Assembly: GCA_965214705.1 (NCBI GenBank)
Contig: OZ243972.1
Coordinates: 96,001-160,000 of the forward strand
Source of the DNA: Alphaproteobacteria bacterium
GTDB lineage: Bacteria; Pseudomonadota; Alphaproteobacteria; UBA828
DNA length: 64,000 nt
Reading direction: 5' to 3'
The notes beneath the pieces are model-generated. The model saw only the letters and a program-made list of their open reading frames with translations, did no database searches and was not told where the DNA came from. Positions 10,703 through 19,412 of the stretch are shown in pieces (the stretch's first letter is position 1; each line of letters starts with the position of its first letter). The translations under genes and the position numbers were made by a program.

Positions 10703-10790
10703 CCCGAACTACGATGCGTCCGGCTCGCCGGGGAGCCTGGGAGATGAGAGGCGACCGCCGGCGCCCTTGGCAGGGGCTTCGCCCTCCTCA

Positions 10791-10926
10791 GAGCGCGTCC
10801 GTCTTTGACGGACGCGCGACAGGCCGCGACTGCGGCCCGCCGCTCCTGCGGCGCCATCGCGCGCCCGCGCGCGTGGACGCGCGACGCGGAGGCGTCGGCC
10901 GTAGGCCGGCTGCCGTGAGCGATAAA
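10791..10926. repeat. Multi-hairpin intergenic repeat, family B copy 1
   Basis: Aligns with 51781-51898; four GC stems, ending TGAGCGATAAA. Confidence 0.85.
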
Positions 10927-10968
10927 TTTCTAGAGCGTTTCAGCGTAAAGCGGAAACGCTCTAGAAAT
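10926..10968. repeat. Perfect 16-bp inverted repeat overlapping the livF stop (terminator or tiny TA-flanked element)
   Basis: ATTTCTAGAGCGTTTC-11 nt-GAAACGCTCTAGAAAT. Confidence 0.75.
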
Positions 10969-11695
10969 GCACCTCCTCGCGTTCGGCGGCTTCTTCGAAG
11001 CCGAAGTAAGCGCGCTCAAGCTCCTCGTCGGTGAGCTCGTTGCTCCGCCCCGTGAGCTCGATCTGTCCGCTGCGCAGCACATAGACCCGGTCGGCGTTCT
11101 CCAGCGCGCGGTGGGTGCTCTGCTCCACCACCAGCAGCGTGTTGCCGGCCTCACGCAAGGATTGGAGGATCTCGTAGACCTTGTCGACGATGAGCGGGCC
11201 GAGGCCGAGCGAGGGCTCGTCCACCAGGATGATCTTGGGCGCCGTCATCAGCGCGCGTCCGATCACGAGCTGCTGCTGCTCCCCGCCCGAGAGCTTGCCA
11301 CCTGGCGTCGACAAGCGATCGCGCATGAAGGGGAAGTAGGAGAGCACGCGCTCGAAGTCCTCCTCGATCTGCTTCTTGTCGGAGCGCATGTCGGTGCCGA
11401 GGCGGATGTTCTCCTCCACCGTGAGCCGGGTGAAGACGTGGCGGCCCTCGGGCACGAAGGAGACCCCGAGGCGCGCGATGTTCTCCGGCCCCTTGCCCAC
11501 GATCACCTCGTCGTTGAGCCGCACTGTGCCCTCGGTAGGGGTCAGCGCGCCCGCGATGGTCATGAGCGTGGTCGACTTGCCGGCGCCGTTCGGCCCGACC
11601 AGGGTCACGATCTCGCCCTCGTCCACGGTGAGGCTGACGCCCCGCACCGCCGGGATGCGGCCGTAACTCACGCTGATGTTGTCGACCTCAAGCAT
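10961..11695 (-). CDS. Branched-chain amino-acid-type ABC ATP-binding protein (LivF-like)
   Basis: GPNGAGKST, VPEGRHVF, LSGGEQQ and DEPSLGL motifs. Confidence 0.9.
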   Translation of the reverse strand: MLEVDNISVSYGRIPAVRGVSLTVDEGEIVTLVGPNGAGKSTTLMTIAGALTPTEGTVRLNDEVIVGKGPENIARLGVSFVPEGRHVFTRLTVEENIRLGTDMRSDKKQIEEDFERVLSYFPFMRDRLSTPGGKLSGGEQQQLVIGRALMTAPKIILVDEPSLGLGPLIVDKVYEILQSLREAGNTLLVVEQSTHRALENADRVYVLRSGQIELTGRSNELTDEELERAYFGFEEAAEREEVHF

Positions 11696-13493
11696 CGTCC
11701 CGCTCCGACCGCGTGCCGAGGTAGGCGCGGATCACTTCAGGATTGGCCTGAATCTCCTGCGGCGTCCCTTCGCCGATGGTCCGCCCGCTGTCGATCACGT
11801 GGATGCGATCGCAGACTCCCATGATCACGCGCATGTTGTGCTCGATCAACAATACGCCGCAGCCGAAATCGCCGGGAATGCGCGAGATCAGCGCCATCAG
11901 GTCGTCGCACTCGGCGTCGCTCATGCCGGCGGCGGGCTCGTCCAGAAGAACGAAATGCGGCGCCATCGCCAGCGCGCGGCCGATGCCGACCCGGCGCTCG
12001 TCGCCGTAGGGCAAGGTATCCGCGTGATCGTAGGCCTTATCAGTGAAGTTCATCCACTCCAGGATCGCGCGCGCGCGCCGCGACGCCTCGCGCCGGCTGA
12101 GGCCGGTGCCGACCGCGGCGGCCTCCAGGTTCTCGATCACCAGCATGTCGGGGTAGAGCCGCACCGCCTGGAAGGTCCGTGCGAGCCCGCGGCGGCCGAT
12201 CCGGTGCGGCGGCATACCTGTCACGTCGACGCCGGCGAGCACGACCCTGCCATGCGTCGGTTTCTGGAAGCCGGTCAGCACGTTCACCAGCGTCGTCTTG
12301 CCGGCGCCGTTGGGACCGATCAGCCCGAATATCTCGTGCCGACCCATCGACACCGTGACTTCGTCGACGGCCGCCAGGCCCTCGAAGTTGACCGAGATGT
12401 CGTGCGCCTCCAGCCGCTCCTCCACGTCGCCGCCCGCCGCCACGATCGCGGGCGCCGCTGCCGCTTCCTTTCGCACCGGTGCCGCCGCAACCTGGCGGGC
12501 GAAGGGCCAGGGGATTTCACGTCCCTTCGCGATGCCGCGCGGGCGGAGGATTAGGATGGTCAGCATCAGGAGCGCGATGACGAGCTGGCTCAGCCCGTAT
12601 TGCTCGATGACGACCTCGATCTGGCGCAGCACCTCCTGCAGAGCCGAGACCACGATCACGCCCACCACGGCGCCCGTCAGGCTCCGCTGGCCGCCGATCA
12701 TCAGCATGGCGAGCGCGATGAAGGTGGGGCCCAGCCAGAAGCCGCGCACCACGATGGAGCCCACGTAGTGGGCCTGCAGCACCCCGCCCAGTCCCATGAA
12801 GAAGCCGCTCAGCACGAAGGCGATAAGCCGCTGGGTGGGCACGTTGATGCCGACGGCGCGCGCCGCCGCCTCGTTTTCGCGCGAGGCGCGGAGCGCGAGG
12901 CCGAAGCGGGACTTCTGATAGATCGTGGCGACCAGCAGCGCGACCCCGGCCCAGGCGAGCGCCACCCGGAAGTTGACGTAGATGGGAATGCCTACCAGCG
13001 TGCTCGCGCCGAAGGTCCAGGAATCCCAGTTGGAGTAGAGCGTGTAGAAGATCATCAGCACCGCGAAGGTGCCGATGCTGGCGGCGATGCCGCTCAATCG
13101 CATCAATGGGATGCCGACGACGAGAGCGACGAGCGCAGCCAGCAGCGAGGAGATGATCGCCGACGGCAGCAGCGGCAGCGTGTTCTCGGCCAGGAATGTG
13201 GGGAGGTCGAGCGCAAAGCTCTTCTTGAACGGCGACATGGTGAACCAGGCGACCGCATAGGCGCCGATCAGCGCGAAAGCCATGTGGCCGAAGGCCAGCA
13301 CACCGGAATTGCCGATGAAGATGTAGAGGCCGATCACCATGACGGTGTTGATGAGCGCGACCGTGAGCGTGCGCTCGATGACCTTGTCGCCGGTCCCCCA
13401 AATGATCAGGGAGAGCACGAGGAGGCCCAAGCCGAGAGTCCCAGGCTCCCACAAGTAACGACCAACAGCAGCGGGGCGAATTTCACGAAGCAC
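11688..13493 (-). CDS. Fused LivM-like permease and LivG-like ATPase
   Basis: N-terminal permease (SGVLAFGHMAF, RASRENEAAA) followed by an ABC domain (GPNGAGKTT, LPYGDERR, IEHNMR). Confidence 0.88.
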   Translation of the reverse strand: MLREIRPAAVGRYLWEPGTLGLGLLVLSLIIWGTGDKVIERTLTVALINTVMVIGLYIFIGNSGVLAFGHMAFALIGAYAVAWFTMSPFKKSFALDLPTFLAENTLPLLPSAIISSLLAALVALVVGIPLMRLSGIAASIGTFAVLMIFYTLYSNWDSWTFGASTLVGIPIYVNFRVALAWAGVALLVATIYQKSRFGLALRASRENEAAARAVGINVPTQRLIAFVLSGFFMGLGGVLQAHYVGSIVVRGFWLGPTFIALAMLMIGGQRSLTGAVVGVIVVSALQEVLRQIEVVIEQYGLSQLVIALLMLTILILRPRGIAKGREIPWPFARQVAAAPVRKEAAAAPAIVAAGGDVEERLEAHDISVNFEGLAAVDEVTVSMGRHEIFGLIGPNGAGKTTLVNVLTGFQKPTHGRVVLAGVDVTGMPPHRIGRRGLARTFQAVRLYPDMLVIENLEAAAVGTGLSRREASRRARAILEWMNFTDKAYDHADTLPYGDERRVGIGRALAMAPHFVLLDEPAAGMSDAECDDLMALISRIPGDFGCGVLLIEHNMRVIMGVCDRIHVIDSGRTIGEGTPQEIQANPEVIRAYLGTRSERDDA

Positions 13494-13495
13494 GG

Positions 13496-14410
13496 TCAGA
13501 TCCGTTCCTCGACCGCCTTCACCTTGACGATGCCGCCGGGCCTGAGCAGGAGGATGACCAGGATGAGCCCGTAGACCCAGGCATCCCGGTTGAGCCGCAT
13601 TTCGAGCGGCAGCACGATCTGGAAGAAGACGCTGGCGACGCCAACCACGAAGCCGCCGACCACCGCGCCCGTCAGGCTGCCCATGCCGCCGACGACCGTG
13701 CCGACGAACGCGGCGAGCACCAGCGGCACACCCATGTCGAACTTCAGCACGCCGTTCTGCACGACGAAGAGCAGCGAGACCACGGCCGCGAGAAGACCCG
13801 AGATCGCGAAGGCCGCGGCAATCACCCGGTTGGCGCGCACGCCCAGGAAGCGCGCCATCATGAAGTCCTCGGACGCAGCCCGCATCTGGCGCCCGATCGC
13901 CGTGCGCTTGAGGAAGGCGACGAGCAGCAGCAGCAGCGCCGCGGTCGCAGCGATCATCACGATTTGCAGGCGCGGCAGGCGAATGTCGCCGAGCAGGAAG
14001 GGATCGGTCAGCACCGGCCAGAGATCCACACCCTTGGGCCGGCCCTCATAGATGAGCAACACCAGGTTCTGGAGAAAGAAGCTGAGCGCGAAGGAGGCGA
14101 TCAGCAGCACCGAGGGGTCAGCATCGCGGAGCGGCCTGAACGCCAGCCGCTCGCAGGCGACGGCGAAGATGATGACGATGAGAATGATCGCCGCCACCAC
14201 CGCCGCCGGATGCCAGGCGCCGATGAAGAGCTGCGGCGCCACGGCGGCGGACGGCACGATGAGCGCGTAGGCACCGATCATGATCAAGTCGCCATGGGCG
14301 AAGTTGATCAGGCGCATGATGCCGAAGATCAGCCCGATGCCGAGGGAGGTGAGCGCGAACAGGCTCCCCAGGCTCAGAGCGTCGATGATGTTCTGAACGA
14401 CCGCTTGCAC
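13496..14410 (-). CDS. LivH-like ABC permease
   Basis: IGLIFGIMRLINFAHG and VVGGMGSLTGAVVGG motifs. Confidence 0.88.
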   Translation of the reverse strand: MQAVVQNIIDALSLGSLFALTSLGIGLIFGIMRLINFAHGDLIMIGAYALIVPSAAVAPQLFIGAWHPAAVVAAIILIVIIFAVACERLAFRPLRDADPSVLLIASFALSFFLQNLVLLIYEGRPKGVDLWPVLTDPFLLGDIRLPRLQIVMIAATAALLLLLVAFLKRTAIGRQMRAASEDFMMARFLGVRANRVIAAAFAISGLLAAVVSLLFVVQNGVLKFDMGVPLVLAAFVGTVVGGMGSLTGAVVGGFVVGVASVFFQIVLPLEMRLNRDAWVYGLILVILLLRPGGIVKVKAVEERI

Positions 14411-14482
14411 CGAAGAAGGCCCCTCGAACGACTGGCGGTGTCAGGCGGCGGCCGTCGGCCGCGGCGCCGCGACCGGGAAAAC

Positions 14483-14520
14483 GGGGGCGGCCCGCGAGAC
14501 TGGGTTTCGCGGACCGCCCA
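14483..14520 (-). terminator. Hairpin downstream of the LivK-like gene
   Basis: Imperfect stem GGCGG-CCCGCGAGAC/GTTTCGCGGA-CCGCC, followed on the minus strand by a short T-run. Confidence 0.4.
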
Positions 14521-14532
14521 CCGGGTCTGTGC

Positions 14533-15735
14533 CTACTTGAAGATGAGCTGAAGCGGCGGCGGCTCCGGCAACTGGATCAGGTCGACGAAGTAACCCTTGC
14601 CGTCCTTGATCCCGATGATCGCCTGGGGCCGCTCGAGGTTGATGTGCAGGTCCTCGGTGAACGTGGTGGGACCCACCAGCAGCGGCTCCTTGTCGAACTT
14701 GTTGAGCTCGGCCAGCACCGCGTCGCTGTCGATGGTGCCCGCCCGATCGATGGCGATGGCGAGCGCCTGGATGATGCTGTAGCCCGAGAGGGCGAACGAA
14801 CAGCACACCCGCTCGCCGTGCACTTCCTCGTAGCGGTCGAAGAACTCGTTGACCCGGGGCCGAGGATCGTCGCCGAACACCGAGCCGTAAGTGCCGGTGT
14901 AGTGGTCATTGAGGTTGCCGATGGCCTCGGTCCAGTAGTCGCCGTCCATCGAATCGCCGCCCGAGATCGGCGTGTCGATGCCGGCCGCTCTGATCTGGCG
15001 GATCGCGGCGTTCGCGCCGGCTCCGTAGGAGCAGACGTGGAGCAGGTCAGGCTCGCCCTTCTCCTCCGCCACCTGCTTGAAACGTGTGATCTGCGAGGCG
15101 ATGGACGCATCATCCTGCTTGAAGGTGTCCTCACCCAGCATGACGCCGCCCAGCTTCTCGAAGCGTGTCTTGAAGCCGGCGCAGATCGCTTTGTCGTACT
15201 CGATCGAGGTATCGAGCAGGCTGTAGGCGGTCTTCCAGCCCTTGTTGTTCCACGCCCACTCCGCAATCACCGCGCCGCTGGTGAGCGACGAGTTGGACAT
15301 GGTGAAGGCGTAGGGGCCGATGCCCTGCACGCCCATCTTCGCGTCGGAGGCGCAGAGCGAGATGACCACCATCTCGTTGCTGTTCGCCACCGTCGCGGCG
15401 GCGGCGCCCATGTCGTAGTCGCACGAGACGATCATGAAGTTGGCGCCGTCGGCGATCACCTCCTGCCCGGCCCGCGCGCCTTCCGCCGCCTCCGACTTGG
15501 TGTCGGACTGGGTGAAGGTGAAATTGCGGCCGCCGAGCACGCCGCCGGCTTCGTTGATGTCGTTGATCGCCATCTTCGCCGAGCGCGACGGCGGGCCATC
15601 GTATTGGTTCATCCAGCCGCTGAGCGCGATGGCGAAGCCGATGACGATATCGTCGTCGGCAGCCTGGCTCGGCGTAGCGACGCCAAATGATAGGGCAAGC
15701 GCGGCCGCGCCTGCCAGCAGTGTCAGTTTCCGCAT
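14533..15735 (-). CDS. LivK-type periplasmic substrate-binding protein
   Basis: Sec signal peptide; AINDINEAGGVLGG motif; heads the Liv-like operon. Confidence 0.85.
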   Translation of the reverse strand: MRKLTLLAGAAALALSFGVATPSQAADDDIVIGFAIALSGWMNQYDGPPSRSAKMAINDINEAGGVLGGRNFTFTQSDTKSEAAEGARAGQEVIADGANFMIVSCDYDMGAAAATVANSNEMVVISLCASDAKMGVQGIGPYAFTMSNSSLTSGAVIAEWAWNNKGWKTAYSLLDTSIEYDKAICAGFKTRFEKLGGVMLGEDTFKQDDASIASQITRFKQVAEEKGEPDLLHVCSYGAGANAAIRQIRAAGIDTPISGGDSMDGDYWTEAIGNLNDHYTGTYGSVFGDDPRPRVNEFFDRYEEVHGERVCCSFALSGYSIIQALAIAIDRAGTIDSDAVLAELNKFDKEPLLVGPTTFTEDLHINLERPQAIIGIKDGKGYFVDLIQLPEPPPLQLIFK

Positions 15736-15840
15736 CGTGGTTCCCTCCCTGTGCGGCCGGACGTTGGTCTTCTACAGCGCCGTCATCCGACGGCAGTGCG
15801 ATATCCGCCGGCAACTCTAGGCGGAATGTGCGGCGGGAGT

Positions 15841-16947
15841 CTACCGAGCCACCTGACCCCCGGCGGCGGCAATGTCGGCAAACGCGGGCATGACCTCCCC
15901 AGCAAGCGCGCGCATGGAATCGCGCCACCCTTCCATGTCTTCCAGGTGGTCGTAGGAGATCACCAACAGGGTGCCGAACCCGCCCGAGGCCTCCAACATG
16001 GCGGCGACCTTGCGCTCCACGGTGCGCGGACTGCCCACCGCCATGCAGTGCTCGGCGATGTACTCGACCGTGACGTCGGAATCGGCCACGTCGGGGTGGT
16101 GCTTGCAGGCCGAGAGCATGCCGATGTGCTTGAGCACGGGCAGCCAGAAGCTGCGGTAATGCGCACCGATGGCGCCGTTGACCACCTTGTCCCACGCCTC
16201 GGCGTCGGTCTCAGCCACGTAGATGTCCCGCCCGATGCGCCAGGCAGAGCGGTCCGGGTTGCGGCCGGCCTCCGCCGCGCCGCGCTCGACCGAGGCCCAG
16301 TGCCCGGCGAGGTAGGCGTTGCTGTAGCTCAGGCTGAGCGGAATGAAGCCGCGGCGGCCGGCGAGCACCAGCGTGGGCGAATCCGGGCTGAAGCCGGCGA
16401 TCGCGATCTGCGGGTGCGGCTTGGTGAATGTGCCGATGTGGTACCCGTAGTTCCCATCGAGCACGCCCTCCGGCCGGCGCGCGGTCCAGTACTTGCCGCA
16501 ATACTCGAAGGGGCCGTCGCTCTCCCAGAAGCGCATCATGATGTCGAGGGATTCCTCGGTCATCTCGCGGTTCTGGCCGGCGAACCCATCGATGTCGAAC
16601 ATCAGCCAGTCGGTCGGAATTCCGCTTGAGCCCACCCCGATGTAGCAGCGCCCACGCCCGATATGGTCGAGCCAGGCGATCCGGTGCGCCAGTTCGGCCG
16701 GGTGGTGGAAGGGCAGCATGTAGCCGCCCGGCGAGACCCGGATGCGTTCGGTGCGCAGCAGCGCCTGGGCGACCAGCAGGTCGGGCGCGGGGCAAGGCTC
16801 TGTCGGCACCGTGTAGTGGCAGCCGATCCATGCCTCGGCGAAGCCGATGCGGTCGAGGAAGGCGAGCGTGTCGAGATCGTGCTCGTGGCCCTCGCCGAAG
16901 TCGCGGCCCGGCGGGTGGTTGGGCATCATGAACGCGCCAACATCCAT
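15841..16947 (-). CDS. Luciferase-like (LLM) flavin-dependent monooxygenase
   Basis: GFAEAWIGCH, LPFHHPAELAHRIAWLDH and VGSPRTV motifs. Confidence 0.85.
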   Translation of the reverse strand: MDVGAFMMPNHPPGRDFGEGHEHDLDTLAFLDRIGFAEAWIGCHYTVPTEPCPAPDLLVAQALLRTERIRVSPGGYMLPFHHPAELAHRIAWLDHIGRGRCYIGVGSSGIPTDWLMFDIDGFAGQNREMTEESLDIMMRFWESDGPFEYCGKYWTARRPEGVLDGNYGYHIGTFTKPHPQIAIAGFSPDSPTLVLAGRRGFIPLSLSYSNAYLAGHWASVERGAAEAGRNPDRSAWRIGRDIYVAETDAEAWDKVVNGAIGAHYRSFWLPVLKHIGMLSACKHHPDVADSDVTVEYIAEHCMAVGSPRTVERKVAAMLEASGGFGTLLVISYDHLEDMEGWRDSMRALAGEVMPAFADIAAAGGQVAR

Positions 16948-16994
16948 GGCTCTCCTCCATCCGTTGGCGCTCGCCGGCCGGCGCGGCGGCGGTG

Positions 16995-17756
16995 TTAGAA
17001 CTGCACGCGCTTGGTGAGCCCGCCGTCGACGATCAGGTTGGCGCCCGTGGTGAAGCTCGAGACCGGGCTCGCGAGGAAGGCGACCGCATCAGCGACCTCC
17101 TCTGGCGTGCCCATCCGGCCGGTGGGGTTGAGCGCGAGCGCAGCATTGTAGCGCTCCGGATTCTCCCGCTGACGCTGGCCCCAAACGCCGTCCTCGAAAT
17201 AGATCGTGCCCGGCGAGACGCAGTTCACGCGGATGCCGCGCTCTGCGAGCACGGTGGCCAGATTGGAGGTGTAGTTGATCAGGGCGGCCTTGATCGAGTT
17301 GTATGGTCTGACCCCGCCAAAGCTCTCGACGCCCGCCGTGCTCGATACGGTGACGATCGCCGCAGCCTCCGATTGCTCCAGGTGCGGCATGGCTGCCTCG
17401 ATCGTGCGCACGGTGCCGAGCATGTCGACCTCGAGCGCGGCCCGCCAGGAGTCTTCGTCCGGCGCTCCGGCGATCGCGCTCACGTTGGCGACCACGACAT
17501 CGATGCCACCGAGCTGCTGCGCCATCGCCGCGGTCCATTGCCGCACGGCGTCGCCGTCCGCGACGTCGCAGGCGGTTCCGATGACATTGAGGCCCTCTCC
17601 CGCGAACGCCGCCAGCACGGCCTCAAGCTTGACGCCGCCGCGGGCGCAGATGCCGACCCCGCAGCCCTCCAGCGCGAGCCTGCGCGCGATCGCGTGGCCG
17701 ATCCCCCGCGTGCCGCCGGTTACGATGGCCTTCTTGCCGTCGAGCTTGAGGTCCAT
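16995..17756 (-). CDS. Short-chain dehydrogenase/reductase
   Basis: TGGTRGIG, YNSIK (YxxxK), IRVNCVSPG and VDGG motifs. Confidence 0.9.
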   Translation of the reverse strand: MDLKLDGKKAIVTGGTRGIGHAIARRLALEGCGVGICARGGVKLEAVLAAFAGEGLNVIGTACDVADGDAVRQWTAAMAQQLGGIDVVVANVSAIAGAPDEDSWRAALEVDMLGTVRTIEAAMPHLEQSEAAAIVTVSSTAGVESFGGVRPYNSIKAALINYTSNLATVLAERGIRVNCVSPGTIYFEDGVWGQRQRENPERYNAALALNPTGRMGTPEEVADAVAFLASPVSSFTTGANLIVDGGLTKRVQF

Positions 17757-17831
17757 GTCCTCGACCCTGCGTATGTCCGGTTTGGAGTGTCGGACGCCCG
17801 CACGCGCTTGTCCAGCCGGCGCCGAGCGGTA

Positions 17832-18011
17832 TTACGATGAAGCAGGCAACAGTTCCCGGTAGACGTCGAGGGTCGCGCTGCACATCCCTTCGAGCATGAA
17901 ATTGCGGCGCACGTAGGCCTGGCCCGCCGCGGCCGTGCTCTCTCGCTCGGCCGCGCCTGCCCTTAGCGCCTCTCCTATCGCGTCCGCCAGCGCACCCGCA
18001 TCGCCCGGCGG
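17832..18011 (-). pseudogene. C-terminal remnant of a family-4 glycosyltransferase
   Basis: Manual translation gives PPGDAGALADAIGEALRAGAAERESTAAAGQAYVRRNFMLEGMCSATLDVYRELLPASS*, a typical GT4 tail. It is preceded by an in-frame TAG and has no start codon. Confidence 0.7.
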
Positions 18012-18041
18012 CTAGGGAGAAAATATAAGCGTCAAGGGGCC

Positions 18042-18098
18042 TTGACCGCCGGTGCGACTCGATTATATTGCGATGCAACATAATGCTGCGCTGCAATA
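18042..18098 (+). promoter_or_regulatory. Phasin promoter with two PhaR-like boxes
   Basis: TTGACC-16 nt-TATATT; TGCGATGCA (18069-18077) and TGCGCTGCA (18087-18095) match the TGCRNYGCA PhaR-type motif. Confidence 0.6.
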
Positions 18099-18162
18099 TG
18101 AACAGGCATCATAGAGCGGTGCGCATCGTCAGGAACAACCGCAAAACGATAGGGTGAACGCG

Positions 18163-18576
18163 ATGACCACCAAGACCGACGCCGCGAGCAAGGCCGCTGC
18201 CAACTCCAAGACCGCCTGGAATGGCGCATTCTCCTTCGACACCATGGCCGATGAGGGCCGTGCGAGCCTCGACAGCTTCGTCCAGGCCTCGACAATCGCG
18301 GCCAAGGGCTATGGCGCCATCGGCAGCGCCTGGTTCGGCTTCGCCAAGGAGGCGATGGCTGCCCAGACCGACGCCGCCGAGGCGCTGATGGGTGCGCGTA
18401 GCTGGGCCGAGCTAACCGAGGCCCAGACCGGCGCTGCGAAGGGCGCGTTCGAGCGCACGATGGCTGCGGGCAACCGCATCGCCGACATGACGGTCAAGAC
18501 GACCGGCGACGCCATGGAGCCGATCCGCGCACGCGCCGAGGACCTGGTCGAGCGCTACGGCAAGCCCGCCGCCTAA
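18163..18576 (+). CDS. Phasin (PHA granule-associated protein)
   Basis: Ala-rich helical protein with ALMGARSWAELTEAQ and AMEPIRAR phasin-like segments; PhaR-like boxes upstream. Alternative start GTG 18154. Confidence 0.8.
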   Translation: MTTKTDAASKAAANSKTAWNGAFSFDTMADEGRASLDSFVQASTIAAKGYGAIGSAWFGFAKEAMAAQTDAAEALMGARSWAELTEAQTGAAKGAFERTMAAGNRIADMTVKTTGDAMEPIRARAEDLVERYGKPAA

Positions 18577-18632
18577 CGGGGCCGGACACTCGCTACGGAG
18601 GGCCTGGGACCGCACGGTTCCGGGCCCTTCGC

Positions 18633-19286
18633 TTATGGGCCTAGCGCCGGGTTGATGAGGGTATCGTCAGGCGCCGCCGCATCGATGACGCAGCGCTCGT
18701 CCACGACCGATATGCGGCGCTCGGCGATGAGACGCACGGCGAGCGGCAGGCAGCGATGCTCCTCGCGCAGGACGCGGGCCGCAAGGCTCTCCGCCGTGTC
18801 CTCGGGCAGGACCGGCACGGCCGCCTGAACGATGATCGGCCCGCTGTCCACGTCGGGCCGGACGAAGTGGACCGTGCATCCAGCGAATCGAACCCCAGCC
18901 TCGATGGCCCTAGCGTGGGTATCGAGCCCCTTGAAGGCGGGCAGCAGCGAAGGGTGGATGTTGATCAGCCGGTCGCGCCAGCGCTCGACGAAATCCGTCG
19001 TGAGCACGCGCATGAATCCGGCGAGACAGACCAGCTCGACACCGCTCGCCTCAAGCGCCTCGGTCAGCGCCTGCTCGAAGGCCTCACGGGATTCATACTC
19101 CCGGTGGTCGATCACGCGATGGGGCAGGCTCGCATGTTCGGCGCGCGCGAGACCGAAGGCGTCGGACCGGTTGGAGAGCACCAGCACGATCTCGCTCTCG
19201 GCGTCCGCGCGGGTACAATCGTCGATGAGGGCCTGCAAATTGGTCCCACTGCCCGAGATCAGGACGCCCACCTTGAGCCGCGCCAT
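18633..19286 (-). CDS. purN: Phosphoribosylglycinamide formyltransferase
   Basis: VLISGSGTNLQAL, LAGFMRVL, NIHPSLLP and GCTVHFV motifs; ATG at 19286. Confidence 0.95.
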   Translation of the reverse strand: MARLKVGVLISGSGTNLQALIDDCTRADAESEIVLVLSNRSDAFGLARAEHASLPHRVIDHREYESREAFEQALTEALEASGVELVCLAGFMRVLTTDFVERWRDRLINIHPSLLPAFKGLDTHARAIEAGVRFAGCTVHFVRPDVDSGPIIVQAAVPVLPEDTAESLAARVLREEHRCLPLAVRLIAERRISVVDERCVIDAAAPDDTLINPALGP

Positions 19287-19412
19287 GTGGTCCCCCGCCG
19301 TCTTCCGGCCGCTGCCGGTCGCTTGGCTGCGGGCGCCATGATACCCTGCCACTCGGGTTTCGGTCGCCGCCGGCCCCGAAACGTGACACCAGTGAGTATT
19401 CCGGGCTCGATC

